DNA from: Takakia lepidozioides
Lineage: Eukaryota; Plantae; Bryophyta
Assembly: GCA_030704615.1 (NCBI GenBank)
Contig: CM060732.1
Coordinates: forward strand, 29,884,001-29,948,000
Length of the DNA: 64,000 nucleotides
Reading direction: 5' to 3'
Numbering within the stretch: the stretch's first letter is position 1; every line of letters begins with the position of its first letter. The translations under genes and the position numbers were made by a program. Below the pieces are notes generated by a model. It ran no database searches, was not told the origin of the DNA, and was given only the letters and a program-made list of their open reading frames with translations. Positions 1 to 13,024 of this stretch are shown piece after piece.

Positions 1-3000
1 GCGAGTAGTATCTTTCTACTGGTAGTCTCTTCTCCAAAATGACCTCCAGCCACTTCTTTATGAACTTCCGCCAAAACTTTATTTACTTCATGGTGGTACA
101 AGCATCGTTTTAGTACTCCATCAGGTCTCCTAACTTATACATTCTGCTTCCTACCATAGTATAAGGTAAAGCTTTGATAGCGATTCTCTTCCTCTGCTCC
201 TTACCATAACTAGGTGGGCACTGACCATGAGCAAGGTAGTATATCTGATTGGCCACTGCCAATCTAACCATTCATCTGCACTTCCTTGCCCCTCCATTAC
301 AAATAAACTCGCATCAGGTAACTGATCGTCCACTCCTGGTGGCGGCCTCTCCTGTTGTTAGCCGTGACAAATGATCTGCCACAAGATGCAAACGGCCAGG
401 CTTGTAAATAACCTCAAACTCAAACTCATGCAAGATTATTAACCACCTCGCTATCCTTCCACTTATCAAAGGTTTGTTCACCAGATATATCAGAGCCTGT
501 GATCCACATAAAACATAAACTTTCTTCCTATAGGTAATGCCTGAATTTCTTCTTGACTGCATAAATCATTGTCAATGCTTCTCTTTCAGTTGTGCTATAG
601 TTCCTTTCAGCACTGTTCATCAACCTGCTAGCATAGTACACAGGTGAATCTATATTTCCTGTAACATTCTGGCTAACACCGCTCCACAACGCTTCTCCTG
701 ATGCATGCAGTGAACATGAACATACTACTGAATGAGGGTTAATCAGCACAGGTGTAGTTACTGACACATGTAATTTCCTCAAATCTGACTGTTGACATTA
801 GCTGTCCAGCAAACAAACTGCATCTTTCTTCAGAAGCTGCTTGGTGCTCTATTTGTGCATTCTCAATTGACAACTTTGTAAAAATGTTTGACACAAGATC
901 TAATAACTTTAAAACTCTCACTTAACGTCGTTGGAGAGGTTTAATGGACCTGTCTCCTGGGATCCACAAGAAGTCCCTCTTACACACAATGTGTCCCAGC
1001 AGACCCCTGAGTTCACACAGAAAGTACACTTCTCTGGATTCAAGCCCAGACCTCTCATCCTGCATCTGGCCAGACATACTCCAATTTATGCAAGTGCTCA
1101 TTCTTAGAGCTGTACACACACTGAAATCATCCAGAACACACCTGCATGAATCATCCAGATACTCATGAAAAGATTCACTTATCACTCTCTGAAAGGTCGC
1201 TGGTGCATTACAAAGTCCAAAGGGCATGACTTTTATGCATACCCCCCAGTCTGTGATGAAACTGTTTTTTCCTTGGTCTTCTTCTGCCACTTGCACTTGA
1301 TTATAACCACTGAAGCCATCCATGAATGAGTACATCTCATGGCCTGCCACAGTGTCTAATACTGCTTCTGTGAATGGCAAAGGGAAAGGATCTTTCTTTT
1401 TGTACAAGCATTCAGCTTCTTATAGTTCACACATACTCTTAGTTTGCCATTCTTCTTGGGAACTATAACAATGGGTGACAACCAAGTTGATACTCTATTG
1501 GGTATATAAACTTAGCCTCAGCCAACTTCTTTATCTCTTCTCCAACCTTCTGTGCGTAGTTGGGATTCATTCTATACCTCGCCTGCTTGATTGGTACTGA
1601 CCCTGGTTCCAGTTCAATCTTATGCTGACAGACTTCAGGTGGTATCCCTTTTAGATCCTCATAGCTCCAAGCAAATACATCTCTGTATTTGATGAACAAG
1701 CTTTTAGCTTCTTCGAAGAATTCCGGCTCCAAATCAGCTCCTACTTTCACCATCCTCGGTTCCTCTTTAGTTCCCACATTTACTTCTCTCACCTGCTCAT
1801 CAGCTGTGATTGTCCAACCAGTCACCACTTCATCCTGTAAGCTCACAGTGGCTGGTTCTTCTAGGATTTCTATTTCTCCTCTCTTTCTTCATAGAAATGT
1901 GATGGGTCAATGCTGGTTTCTTCTTCTTCTTCAGTTGGTGTTGCTGTCACTACACCACAACAGATACCTCTCAAACAACTTAGGCTTTCCACCGCATCTC
2001 TGCAACCTGCTCCCACTCTGGGTGTGCAGCAAATAGGGTAGCTTCCTGCTCCTCATCCAGTCCTCTTCTCCAGTCATACTCTCTGACTCCTCGAGGTCTT
2101 CTTGTAGCAGGTAATCTACTAGATTTCTTTGTGGTAATTTGTATCTCGTGTATCCCATTATGCACGGTTAGTAACTGAGAATTCCAGTCATGGAATACCC
2201 TGGCTTGTTTCAGCCACGGACGTCCCATAATAAGGAGTAAGCCTCCATGACTTCATCCATTTTTAATACAGTTACTGTGATCATAAAGATCATTTTCTGT
2301 ATCTGTATCTTAACTCCTCTTATTAATCCCAATGGCTGTACACTTCTTTGATCTGCCATTGTTACTGTAAATGGGGCTGGTTTCATGTTACTTTGACCAA
2401 GCTTCTTCCTTAATTGGTCTGTCATGATATTTACTCCAGAACCACCATCTATCAGTACATCAGTTAGTTCTGTGCTTCCAATTCTCAATTGGATTACTGG
2501 CATAGAATCATCAAAGTCCATGACTGGTTCTCGCCCTTCCGGCTTCACATTATAACTGGTCACCTTGCTGTTCAGGTCTGTGTTTCCTGTCTCTTGGGCA
2601 ATTCGATTGATTGCTTGATACAGCCTGTGCCTACAATAAGGTGCCACAGCTAATAGCTGTCCAATGGTAATTTCTGCTTTGGTCTGAAATATTACTTCAG
2701 CCAAAGTCTCTTCATTACTTTGCATGTCTGCATCTTCTTTTTTTCCTTTCTTCCTCACTCCCTTCTTTTTCTCCATCCGAATCAGAGGAATCTGCCACAG
2801 GAATATCAGTACTCTTTTCATTTCCCTTATAGTATCTGCCACTTCCTTGTGCAGTTCCTTCTCATCTTTCCAAGTCTCTTCATCTTCAGGCATATCATTG
2901 CCACTTCCAGTCTCATCTTCTTCCTCTTCTACTGGAGGTATTAGTTTGGCTTTACTTCTTGTACTATCATTGTACTTACTTCTGGTACAACACATGGCCT

Positions 3001-6000
3001 AACCATGTGAGCTGCCACCACTGGGCCCTCATTCACATGAGCTCTCATCTCATTCTGGTGTCTTATCCAGAATGAACAGGCTGCCTTGCGATGTCCTGGC
3101 TGATTACAATAGTAACATAGCTCTTCACCATTGGGTCCTCTCGCCTTGGTCTGTTCTTGGATTATTTCTATAATCCTGATTCCCGGGCTGGTAATTCCCC
3201 CTTGGATTACCCTGATAGTTGCCTCTGGAATTTCCTTGGTAATTCCCTCTTGAATTACCTCTCCCTTCCATGCCATTGTTATAACCACCAGACCTACCAT
3301 AGTGGTCCTGATCATTGTTTCTTCTTGGCTGGGGCTGCACCTGATGCACCCTTACTTGCCTAGGTTCTCTTGCAGCTGTCCTTCTGTTGTAGTAACAATT
3401 CTCAGTAGAATGGTTATCCATTTTACAGATAGTACAGTGTTTCTCCTTCATGTGGCATTCTGTGGTGGTATGGCCTTCATTCTGGCACTTTGCACACCAT
3501 ACACCCTTCCTCCAATGTGTTGCAGCCTCTGTGGCATACTTCTTCAAGATTTCTTCCAATTTTTTTTCATAGTTATCCCTCTTCAACTTCTCCTTTCTCT
3601 TACTCTTTCTTTTAATTCTTGCTCTTCTTCTTCATCTGACTCATCCTCAGAGTCCTCATCTTCTTTTTTCTCTCTCCTGAGCATTCCCAATTGCTCAATT
3701 CTGTTCCCAGTTTCAAATGCCTCCTCCACTGTATTATGGGGTAACATATCCAATTTCTTTTGCAACTCTGGTCTTAGTCCACTCACAAACCAAGTCTTCT
3801 GCAACCCGGGCGCTGGTACTGCAGCCAGCTTTTTCATCATCAATTCCATTTCTCCATATACTCTTCAACAGTTTCATGCTTCTTCTGCTTCAGCTGTTGT
3901 AAACTTCCATACACTTCATCCTCAGTTTTACTTGTCCTGAACCTATTTCGAAATGCTGTATTCAAGCCATTCCAGGTTAGGAAATGATTATCAAGGAATC
4001 TTGCATACCATTCACTTGCTTTCTTGATAAGTGAACAAGGAAACAGTCTCATCTTGGCATCATCGCCATTCTCATTGTTCACTATACACATGTGCTCAAA
4101 TTGGCTAATGTGTACATCGGGATCCCCTTTTCCTGAATATATTGGAAAGGGTGGTTTTGCCCGTGTTGGTTGTAACGCCATCCGTGGCCCTACCTTCTAC
4201 CCACTGACAGGTGCTGGCACCCTTGCTGGTGCTGGTCCTTCTGGACCTGTTGTTTTTGTGGTGGATCTTCCACCAAGTGGTGGCCCTTGAGCACTCCTTG
4301 CTTCTGGCCCCACGATATTCACAGTATTCCCAGCTTCAGTTGCACTACTTCCCACACTCCCTGTCCCCCCAGAGCCAGATCCAGGCAGCCCGCCTGATCC
4401 CCCTGAGCCGACACCTTCGTTGGCCTGTGATCCAAGTGCTCCACTTGATCCAGGTCCAACGGGTTGGGATGTCCTGGTTGTAGTCTCAACCTCAGCTGTT
4501 GGGTCTACTTCTTCATATTCTTCCTCGTCTAATTTCTTCTCTCTGTTTTCATCCTCCAAGTTCTGCCCTTGGGTTTCTTCTTCACTCATGTAACTCAACT
4601 GTAATGGTGTTGGAGAGTCTGAACTCTCCGTTGGCTCTGCCACATCATCTTCTCCTTCTTCACCTTCTGCTTCAGAAACTGGAGTTCCTGCTTTTGGTGT
4701 TCCATGCCAACTCTTATCAAAGATTCTGTCAAGTCTTTTATCCAAGGATGTACCTCAGATCTTTCACCTCGTGATTGATCTTCTTCCTGTACCAATTCCC
4801 TTAATCTTTCTTGCAAAGAAACAGAAGGAGTGGCATCCAACTCTAGTTCTTCCGGTATAGGTGATGCACTCTTTGATCTTGATGGTGTGAGAGGTCCAGA
4901 TGATTCCCCTATGTCTATTCCTCTCTCCCAAAGATATGGATAATTAGCTTTCAGATAGCTTTCTCTTTTTGCTGAATATCTCTGTCGTCTAGCTTCTCTT
5001 TCATCACTCATGTCCCATGTCTTTCATTTCTTTTAATGTGGCAATAACCAAAACTCTCTTCTGTAATATCTCTCGTATATGCCTGGGTTTCTTTCAAGCT
5101 TCAATGCACCCTTGGCTATACTTGAAGTCTCCGTTACCATATAACCATATGGCAAACAAGTCTGAAAAGCTGTTCTTGGTGTGAGTTTGATCCACAAAAT
5201 ATCATTTGGAATCCAATTCTTTACCAGTACCAGCTCTTCATGCATATGAGTATAAACATTCACCTTTCTTTCTTCCAGCCTTCAAACTCTACTCGTTTAA
5301 TGGATAGCAATGCTATCACATAAACCAATGTTGGTAACCAACGTGCTCTTCCTCTACAGGCTACCTGATAAATCTTTATCACTCCTTTCTCCAGACCCCA
5401 TTCTGGATCAGCATCATGCACTCGTTTAAGAATATTTTCTTTACAACCGTCTGGCAATTCCAAGAACCTTTGAAAGAATTGTTTGGACAATCTTTCTTCC
5501 TTCGTTCCACAGGGAATTTGATTCACTTCAAATTCTTTAATGGTCCAACCACCATGATCCCACCAGATGCCTGTCACATCTGGTTGTTCATGTCCCAGTT
5601 CCCCAGTATGGTCGCCAAATGTCGCGCGGCTTTTACTCACCCATCCCTTCGCTATTCGAGGCGGAAACTCCAAGATAGAAGAGTTGGAAATCTCTAAGTA
5701 CTCAGCCCACGCAGAACAATCAGTCATGACCTACAGCTAGTGTATCATGGGGGTATTTCCTATTTGTTTTCCTTTTGGTATTCATGTTTGCTATCTTACC
5801 ATTGATAATTAAGTATCTGTTTGCTTTATCAATCTATTGGATTCCATCAGCTCATCCATTCATTTCACAGCTTCACTCAGATCTCTCTACACAGTGTGAT
5901 TGTATCGTAAAAGTATCCGATTATGATTTATCAGGTATCAGGCCGAAGCCATTGTGTCTCTAATCTGCTCTACAATATCATTACAGCCTTGCCTATATCA

Positions 6001-6336
6001 AGCATCTACTCATCATCTCTCTATCTTCACTTCCGTTCCTCATCTCTACCCGATCCCCTCTCCTCTATCACCAGAAGTCCTCCTCCGAATGATGTCCCTC
6101 AATTCCCCGTTTTCCCCCTTTATCTTCCTATCCGCGGTTCTAACCGTTTCCCTCACTAACCGTCGTCTGTGAACTAACATGTTCTCTTCGCAGGTGTTGT
6201 TCCCCACAGTCGTTCCCTGTCATACTCTTCGTTCCCTATGATCGTGACAGCTGTGTCAAGCTGTGACTGGCTGTGTGAAACTGTGACGGCTGGGGTGGCT
6301 GGCACCGAAACTGGAAATTCGGCTCCACCTACTACA
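1..6336 (-). mobile_element. Ty3/Gypsy LTR retrotransposon (non-chromoviral, Phygy/Athila/Tat-like), frameshifted, truncated by window start
   Basis: Ordered minus-strand ORF fragments: gag (3840..4181 YSGKGDPDVHISQFE), CCHC knuckles (CAKCQNEGHTTTEC, CTICKMDNHSTENC, CYYCNQPGHRKAAC), aspartic protease (VLIDGGSGVNIM, 2210..2995), RT (KDPFPLPF..DGFSGYNQ..MPFGLCNAPATFQR, 922..1846), RNase H (YYASRLMNSAERNYSTTEREAL; ARWLIILHEFEFEVIYKPG..VADHLSR, 314..782). PR-RT-RH order indicates Gypsy. Confidence 0.95.
5741..6336 (-). repeat. Putative 5' LTR of the Gypsy element (~596 bp)
   Basis: Minus strand begins TGTAGT at 6336 and ends ATACA at 5741 (TGTA..TACA termini). Non-coding character; abrupt switch to CRE-like coding sequence at 6337. 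Second LTR is not in the window. Confidence 0.5.
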
Positions 6337-9110
6337 TGGGCGTGGCTCTCCTCATTGGATGTTCTTGGAGTTTTTCATTTGGGATTACCCTGCCCCCGCC
6401 TCTACACACGCATCCTGGTGGCCCTTTGTCAAGAGGTCCAGCATTGCTTTCGCATTCCTCTAGACAAACTGACCCGGGATCGTGCTGACGTGTCGGCGTG
6501 GTATCTTCTTATGTTGTTTGCCCAATGGTGCTTGGTTTTGCCACCACATGGTGGTGAGGCTGGTCATAGAGAGACTCGAATCCGGCTCCGATGCTTTCTT
6601 GCGGGAGACTGGGAGAATCTTCAAGAAGAGCATTATCTCTGAGCACAAGCCCTGGTAGCACGTGCTCCTACTGACACTTCTTCACAACCAGGCCCTTCTG
6701 CTCATAGACGCCTTCGGCACAACCTCATGTTGGGACAGGTAGGTGAGTATTCCCGTATAGCCCGCGCTCTGTCACCATTTGCCCCTGCTCCACCTTCTAT
6801 GGACACTATTGCTGCTCTGCAGGCTCTCCATCCTGCTCAAGGTAGACAACATCCTTCCAGCTTTTGTCGATGACTTCGAGCCGGATCAGGACCTTCAGCT
6901 GGATCTCTCTCTGTTCACCAAGGCCTTCATCCGCAGTCCGCACCTATTTGCACTAGGACCATGTGGTATGTTATACGAACATTTGCGCGACTGATTTTCT
7001 CCACAAGACTCTACTAGTGGCTTCTTTCAACTATTTCAGGTCTGTTCCTTCATCGCCGCTGGCCGCATCCCTTCTCTAGTGGCACGTATACTCGGAGCCT
7101 CCCGACTACTAGCCATGACCAAGCACTCTGGAAATGGCATCCGTCCCATTGCCATCGGGGAAGTTTTGTATCGTCTTGTCAGCCGTTCCCTTGTCATGCA
7201 GTAGCATGATGCATTCTCTACCCACCTCTTCCCACACCAGTTTGGCGTTGCCACTCCAGGCAGTTGTGAGGCTGTGGTACATGGGATTCGGGCTATTCTC
7301 GACATTCACCCGGACTCGGTTGTATTTCAAGTCGATGTAGCAAACGCTTTCAACTCCGTCTCCTGCACCACCATCTTCCAAGAACTTTGCTCAGCTGGAG
7401 GAGATTTTCACCAACTCATCCCTTTTGTCAGATTGTTCTATGCTTCTGCAGCCCCCCTTTTCTACAGTCACCATCCAGCCTCGAGGTGCTTCCTGCATAC
7501 AACCATTTTGCCGCTCAGCTTCAGGGTGTTGTGGGTTATCAGTTCAAACTCGAGCTGTTGTCGCATACTGGTCTCCAGCCAGCTTGCCCCCAGACTTTGT
7601 ACCTCCTACACACTTCATCACACCGTATGGCGGCATTCGCGTCCTGGGCGTCCCCCTTTCGTACCACCTCTTTCCCTTTCTCTTTCTTGAGAATGCCCTG
7701 ATCAAGATGTCATTCATTCGACCTCCTTCCTCGCCTCAGGGAACCTACAAGTAAGCATATGGCATCCTAAACAAAAATGTTTCATCCAACGGCCATCCTA
7801 TCTTCTCAGGACTTTCCCCCCTACCCCTGAGTTTTTGCGGTTATTGTCCGGGGGTTTGATGCTTACCATCATGAATGTTTTTGGTCGTCTTCTGGGACGA
7901 TGGATCCGAGGGGGCTCTAACGCACCAACAGGCTGTCTTTCCAATCTCCTTTGGAGGTGTAGGCTTCGTCTCCATAGTCAGTACTTCTCCCTCTGCGTTC
8001 TTGGGTAGCTGGGCTTTGATTGCCCCTGCCTTGCAATCCCGATTTTTTTTGTGTAGGTCAACGACCCTTGCTTATGGGACCCCATTGCTCACCGTCACAC
8101 TGACATCTTTGCTTTCCACCAACATCTTCGCTCTGCACGAGATCTTCTTCCAACACCAGCACTCGTGAGCGCATCTTCCTCCATTCGAGCAGTTGTTTAC
8201 CCAAGGCATCGATCACATACATGAGACTCTCATGGACGGCGTGCACGGATACTCCTTCTCCGAAATGCTTTCCAGTAGCTCTTCCTCTGATGTGCATCGT
8301 GCCAGGTTCTATCTTGTGCCGGCCCAAGTGCAGGCGCATGGCTGACAGCTCGACCTACCATCAACCCAATTCGCTTGTCATTCACCATCTTTGCCACGGC
8401 TCTTCGTTTGCAAACTTGGGCTAACCGCATCCTTCTGTGTTAGGCCTGCAACATTTTGTGTTTGCCACCAAACCTATCGACGCACCTGTTTGTCCACCTC
8501 CTTCGATGTCCATGCGGGAGAGATCGCACCGCCACCCATGACGTCGTCCGAGATGCTGTCGCATCAATTACGCGAGAGGCTCGTTTCCATGTCCTGCAAG
8601 AGCAATCTCATGTCCTCCCTTCTCATACTCTCCACTCTTCACGAAAGCGCTTGTCGACATCATCCTGTCTAAAGAGGTCTTCGCACCCTAGCCGATGTTG
8701 TCATTGCCGACTCTATCCGATCCGACCTACTTTCACGTTCGGCATCCTCTCAAGGCTACGCGGCTTTGGTTGCTGCTCAAGTCAAGGAACGCGACTAGGA
8801 TAGACATCCCACCGACACTTTCATCCCCTTGGCTATAGAGATATTCGGCTGTCTCCATCGCCAGTTTGACGAACTACCCCATGAAGCGGCCCAAAACAAG
8901 ACCACGGGCATTCCTTATGCCTCTATTCTTGTGGCCTTTTACAGAAAAAAAATGGTCGTTGCATTACAGAGAGCTCAAGCAATGGCCATTTTACATCAGA
9001 CAGACATAGCTGGATCGGCTTCATCCCACCTCCCAACTCTCCGCGGACGTTACACCCATGTTGCCCTCCGACTATTTCAAGCATTAGGTTGGGATGACGG
9101 AGAAGTTTGA
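6337..9110 (+). mobile_element. Decayed non-LTR retrotransposon with RT and restriction-like endonuclease (CRE/R2-group)
   Basis: Motifs GEYSRIARALSP, GPCGMLYEHLRD, GIRPIAIGEVLYRLVSR, QFGVATPGSCEAVVHGIR, QVDVANAFNSV, GIRVLGVP, QAVFPISFGGVG, C-terminal HLLRCPCG..HDVVRDAV and FIPLAIEIFG. Many stops and frameshifts; QGD/YxDD segment appears deleted near 7470. Confidence 0.85.
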
Positions 9111-10140
9111 ATAGTTTAGTTTAGCTTGCTTCTCTTTCCTCCCTTCTTTGTTCTTTACCAGGTTTTGGGGTTTTTCTATCATATGTTCCAATACCTCATG
9201 TTTCCTGTAAATAAAGCTCCACAGATTTTCATTCAGACGAGAAAAATCTACAAGGTCTAGCTTGGTCATTTTCTTTGATAAATTTGGAGTCCAGGTGGAA
9301 AAACTACGATATTTTTTTATTATAATCTGCCAATTGCAACGGTGGAAGTTTGTGAAAATTCTTGGGCATACGGATGTAGAAGGGAAGGGCATGTTTGTAA
9401 GGTTGCCTGGATGATTCTTCATCCATACCACTATGTACCATTTTTGGGCTGGCCACCAAAACGGTGGTCGTCGCCTAAGGGTTAACTAGTACTTTTCCAA
9501 TAATGTGAAGTATTCTTTTGCAAATTTGTTTTTTCCTCTCTTTATTCTTTTCTAACAATAGAGAATAGATGCCAGGCTCTTTCGATCCGCGACGAGTTAT
9601 GTCGGTACCAAATCCGAGGCTGCTGAGGGGATATGGGGGGCGCAAATCGCTTTCTTGCATTGATAGCAGGGGCCGATCAGCTGGGGAATCTTTGGTCTTC
9701 CTTGCTCGGAGCTCTTCTTGGTGATCTATCTTGTAATCGTATCTTCTCGCGTTGGATGCCCTTGGTTTATTTACAGTAGATGCAAGCTCCGGATACTCAA
9801 GAATGTGGGATGTCACGAGAGTAGGCTCTGTGTAGCGGATAGAGGTAACGTTGGTGTCCTAGTTTTTGCAGTGGATTCGTTAAATGAGGCAGGTTAGGGT
9901 GGCTGCGAGCTGCATCTTTAGAGGAGATCAGAATGCGGAGGGATGAGATTCAAGAGATCTTGGATGTGAAGAACTCCTAACATTCGTGTAGTATCCAGTG
10001 AAACTAGCTCACTCCGGGTCGACATGGGGGGCGAATGCTAACAGGAGAGAGTGGAGACGAACTGATTGGGACCATACCACAGTGTTTCCCTTCCTCTGTT
10101 GTGTACGTGGAAATTGGAAGTCACTGGGGTGTGTAGGGGG

Positions 10141-11850
10141 ATGAAGATCCAATGGGTGAAACGAGTTTGTGGCTGTGTTGGTTGTGTTGAATGTAGGGCA
10201 AACTGCTCATATTTTTCTTTCAGTCATCTGAGAGTCCAAGACGCCCACCAAGCCATCATACCCAGCTTTTAGACAGGGTCCTGGGAAGTCCTGGCAAAAA
10301 TTTGCCCTCATTTGCCTCATGGTCAACAAATACAGATCTTCCCCCAAACTCTTGTGAGGATTTCTTTGGCAACGGATTCAATCAAACATTCCATTTGCTG
10401 ACACCAGTGGCTCAGCCCCTGTTGTATCCTTGAAGGGAAAGAAGAAAAAATACACAGAACTTCCTCCAGAGGTTGGTGGGACGAAGAGGGTATTAGGCTG
10501 GGTGCAGCTGAATGAGGCTGACAAGTTGAGCCAGGGATGTCTATGAACCTGGTCTTCGACTTCGGAGACAGAGGAAAGCCCACAACTGCAAGATGGTTTG
10601 TTTCGATGCTTTTTCAGTGAGACATGCCAAACATCTGTTTTGTGAAGGAAGACATATGATAATGGACCCCAAAACATATAAAGATGTCCAAAGGTGGGAG
10701 CCCTTGGAATTCTATTATTGGACGGGATGAGAAGAGGAGCTCCCCTCTTCACATCTGCGCTTTCCAAGTCGTGGTCGCTGAGAAAGGGACGAGAAGGCTT
10801 CTGTTCAACAAGACTATGCTGGACCATCTCATCCCACGGGGTCGGTGCAGGATCACACATTACAACACTTGTTTGAACAGATCCGCACTGTTCCTTTGGA
10901 CGAGGTCGTTTGTGATCAAAGAGTTTCAGGCCACTTTGGGGTGGTGACCCGTTTTGAGTATGCCAACCTGTTTCATACCGTCACCGATGGTACAGCGCAT
11001 ATATGACTTCCCGTATTGCTAACCTAGGGAACCGCCCATCTCTGCTTCTTGTGGACGGACATTGCAAGTCTCCCATGGATATTGGATGGCAAGCTCTGTT
11101 CAGTGGAGTGAACTTCGCCAAGCATTTCACGGGACCTATATGCTTCGATCATCTCATTTTTGCACCCTTAGGATATGACAGCCCCCTTCAAGGCTCACTC
11201 CTGGCAACCGGGCTCGCTTGCCAGGGCTGTGGGGTTGAAGGCTACGTGAGCCTAATGCACACAAGACTGCTCGGATGCGGGAATTGGGTGAAATGTTCAT
11301 TTCATCGTTCAATTTCACCCCTAGGAAGGCCTAAGATGACAGCCCAGTAATCAAGGTTCTGTGTTCGACGAGGGACTATTTGGCACACCCAAGGCACACA
11401 GGAAAGCCCGAATCACGCCTCAGCAATGAAGAGGAGGTTTTGGAGGCACTAAACGCTTGGGCAGCGAACAGGAACCTCAAGGGTGGGAACGATAGTAAGC
11501 TAGCAGAAGGGGATGGAAAGAGGAGCAATGGATCAAAGATTAAGTTTGTGAATGGGTTGCTTGCTCATATGACTATGAAAGAACAATTGCATGAAGTGCA
11601 AGAAGCGTCAATAATTGTGGGAGCACATGGTGCGGGCCTCTCACACGTAGTGTTTGCAAGGCCTGGAAAGACTGCATCCTAGAACTTGGGATCCATATTT
11701 TGCACGCCCACATTTCGCATATATGTCACAGTGGATGGGATTCAGTATCACTCAATTCAGATGGGAGGCTCAGTGGCTGGTTGTGCGGAAGTCATTGAGA
11801 CCATAGACAGAATTTTCACTGGCTTGAGGAATGAGCTTGGGACTCCTTAG
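10141..11850 (+). pseudogene. XYLT: Beta-1,2-xylosyltransferase (GT61, N-glycan XylT), intronless, multiple frameshifts (pseudogene or consensus errors)
   Basis: Across frames: N-terminal TM (FVAVLVVLNVG), SCExFFGNGF, FRCFFSET, MSKGG..IIGRDE, VTRFEYANLFHTVTD, VDGHC, PLGYDS, AHPRHTGKPESRLSNEEEV, NGLLAHMTMKEQ..IIVGAHGAGLSH. All collinear with plant XYLT. Confidence 0.88.
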
Positions 11851-13024
11851 AAAGCTACCAGATCTTTGGTTAATGAAGTTACAGTACTCAGAAGCCAATC
11901 AGGGTACTGGGTTGTACTGGCATGCCAAACAATTCTGGACTGGTCAGTGTCATGGACTTGGAAGCCTGGGCACAGGAAAGAACATCTCCCTGCCAAATTA
12001 GCAGGGGATGAAATGATTGAGGTGCAATTCACAGGACCGACTAACTAAGGATGCGAGACACTGGTGGAAGGATGTATGAAACAATGCAGGTCTGCACACA
12101 TACATTTCCTCGTTGTGGAATAAAATTAAGATTCTGGTGGCGAAAGGATCTGTTCGAAGGATTATGCATTCAGGAACAAAGGAGTCTGCATGCAGTCATT
12201 TCCGGAGTAGTTTATCAGAGCAAAGGGAAGAGACATGGAAGCTCTCTGACACATGATTAGATCATTCCCTTCATCCAGTGCCCCATCACTCCAGACGAAG
12301 CAGTTTAGCAAACAAATCTTCTCAGTACTGGAGAGTTGGGCCTTGAGAAGGCCTGGGGTTTTGTTAGAGAAACTGGTTCGTGCTCTATCTGAGAAATAAT
12401 TGGTAGGAGGTTACACATTCTTTCTGCAGCATTGCAAAGGACAAAGCTATGTTGTGGGCGTCTTGGCACTCTTGTGCTTTTGTAAAATTATTTCAATTGT
12501 AAAAAAAAATAAAAAAAATAGATGGTTAAATTGATAGGAAAGCATGGTTAAAATTGCTTGCAGACATCAGCAGGGATCCAGAGGCGAGCTTGGGCTCCTC
12601 CGGAAATTCCAAACCTCATGGGGGAGAGATGACATCCTATGCTGCTGCTCTTCCTCGTCAAGCTGCCAATGGTCAAGAAGCCCGCCCATCTCCTGGCAGA
12701 GGGCAGCAACTCCGTTGCCTTGACTCACCTGAGTTCGACAGAGAAGTCAACTGGATGAGCGTTGTGGAAGACGCTCCACCCGCGAGTGCAGAATCTTCCT
12801 GAGCGTTCTTGGATGTATCCACCATTGGTATCAAGGTTCCACCCCATAACTTAAAAGGTTTTATTCATATGAATGCCAATAGTTTTCAGCAATACGATTA
12901 TCCCTAACTCTACTGCTGCTGTGATATCACTGTGGGCAGCTTAAACAATGAAGTATTGACACTGTAAACATTTACGCCCTTTCCTACCTCCTGAGGCGGC
13001 ACAGGCGTGAGGATGTCACTTGTT

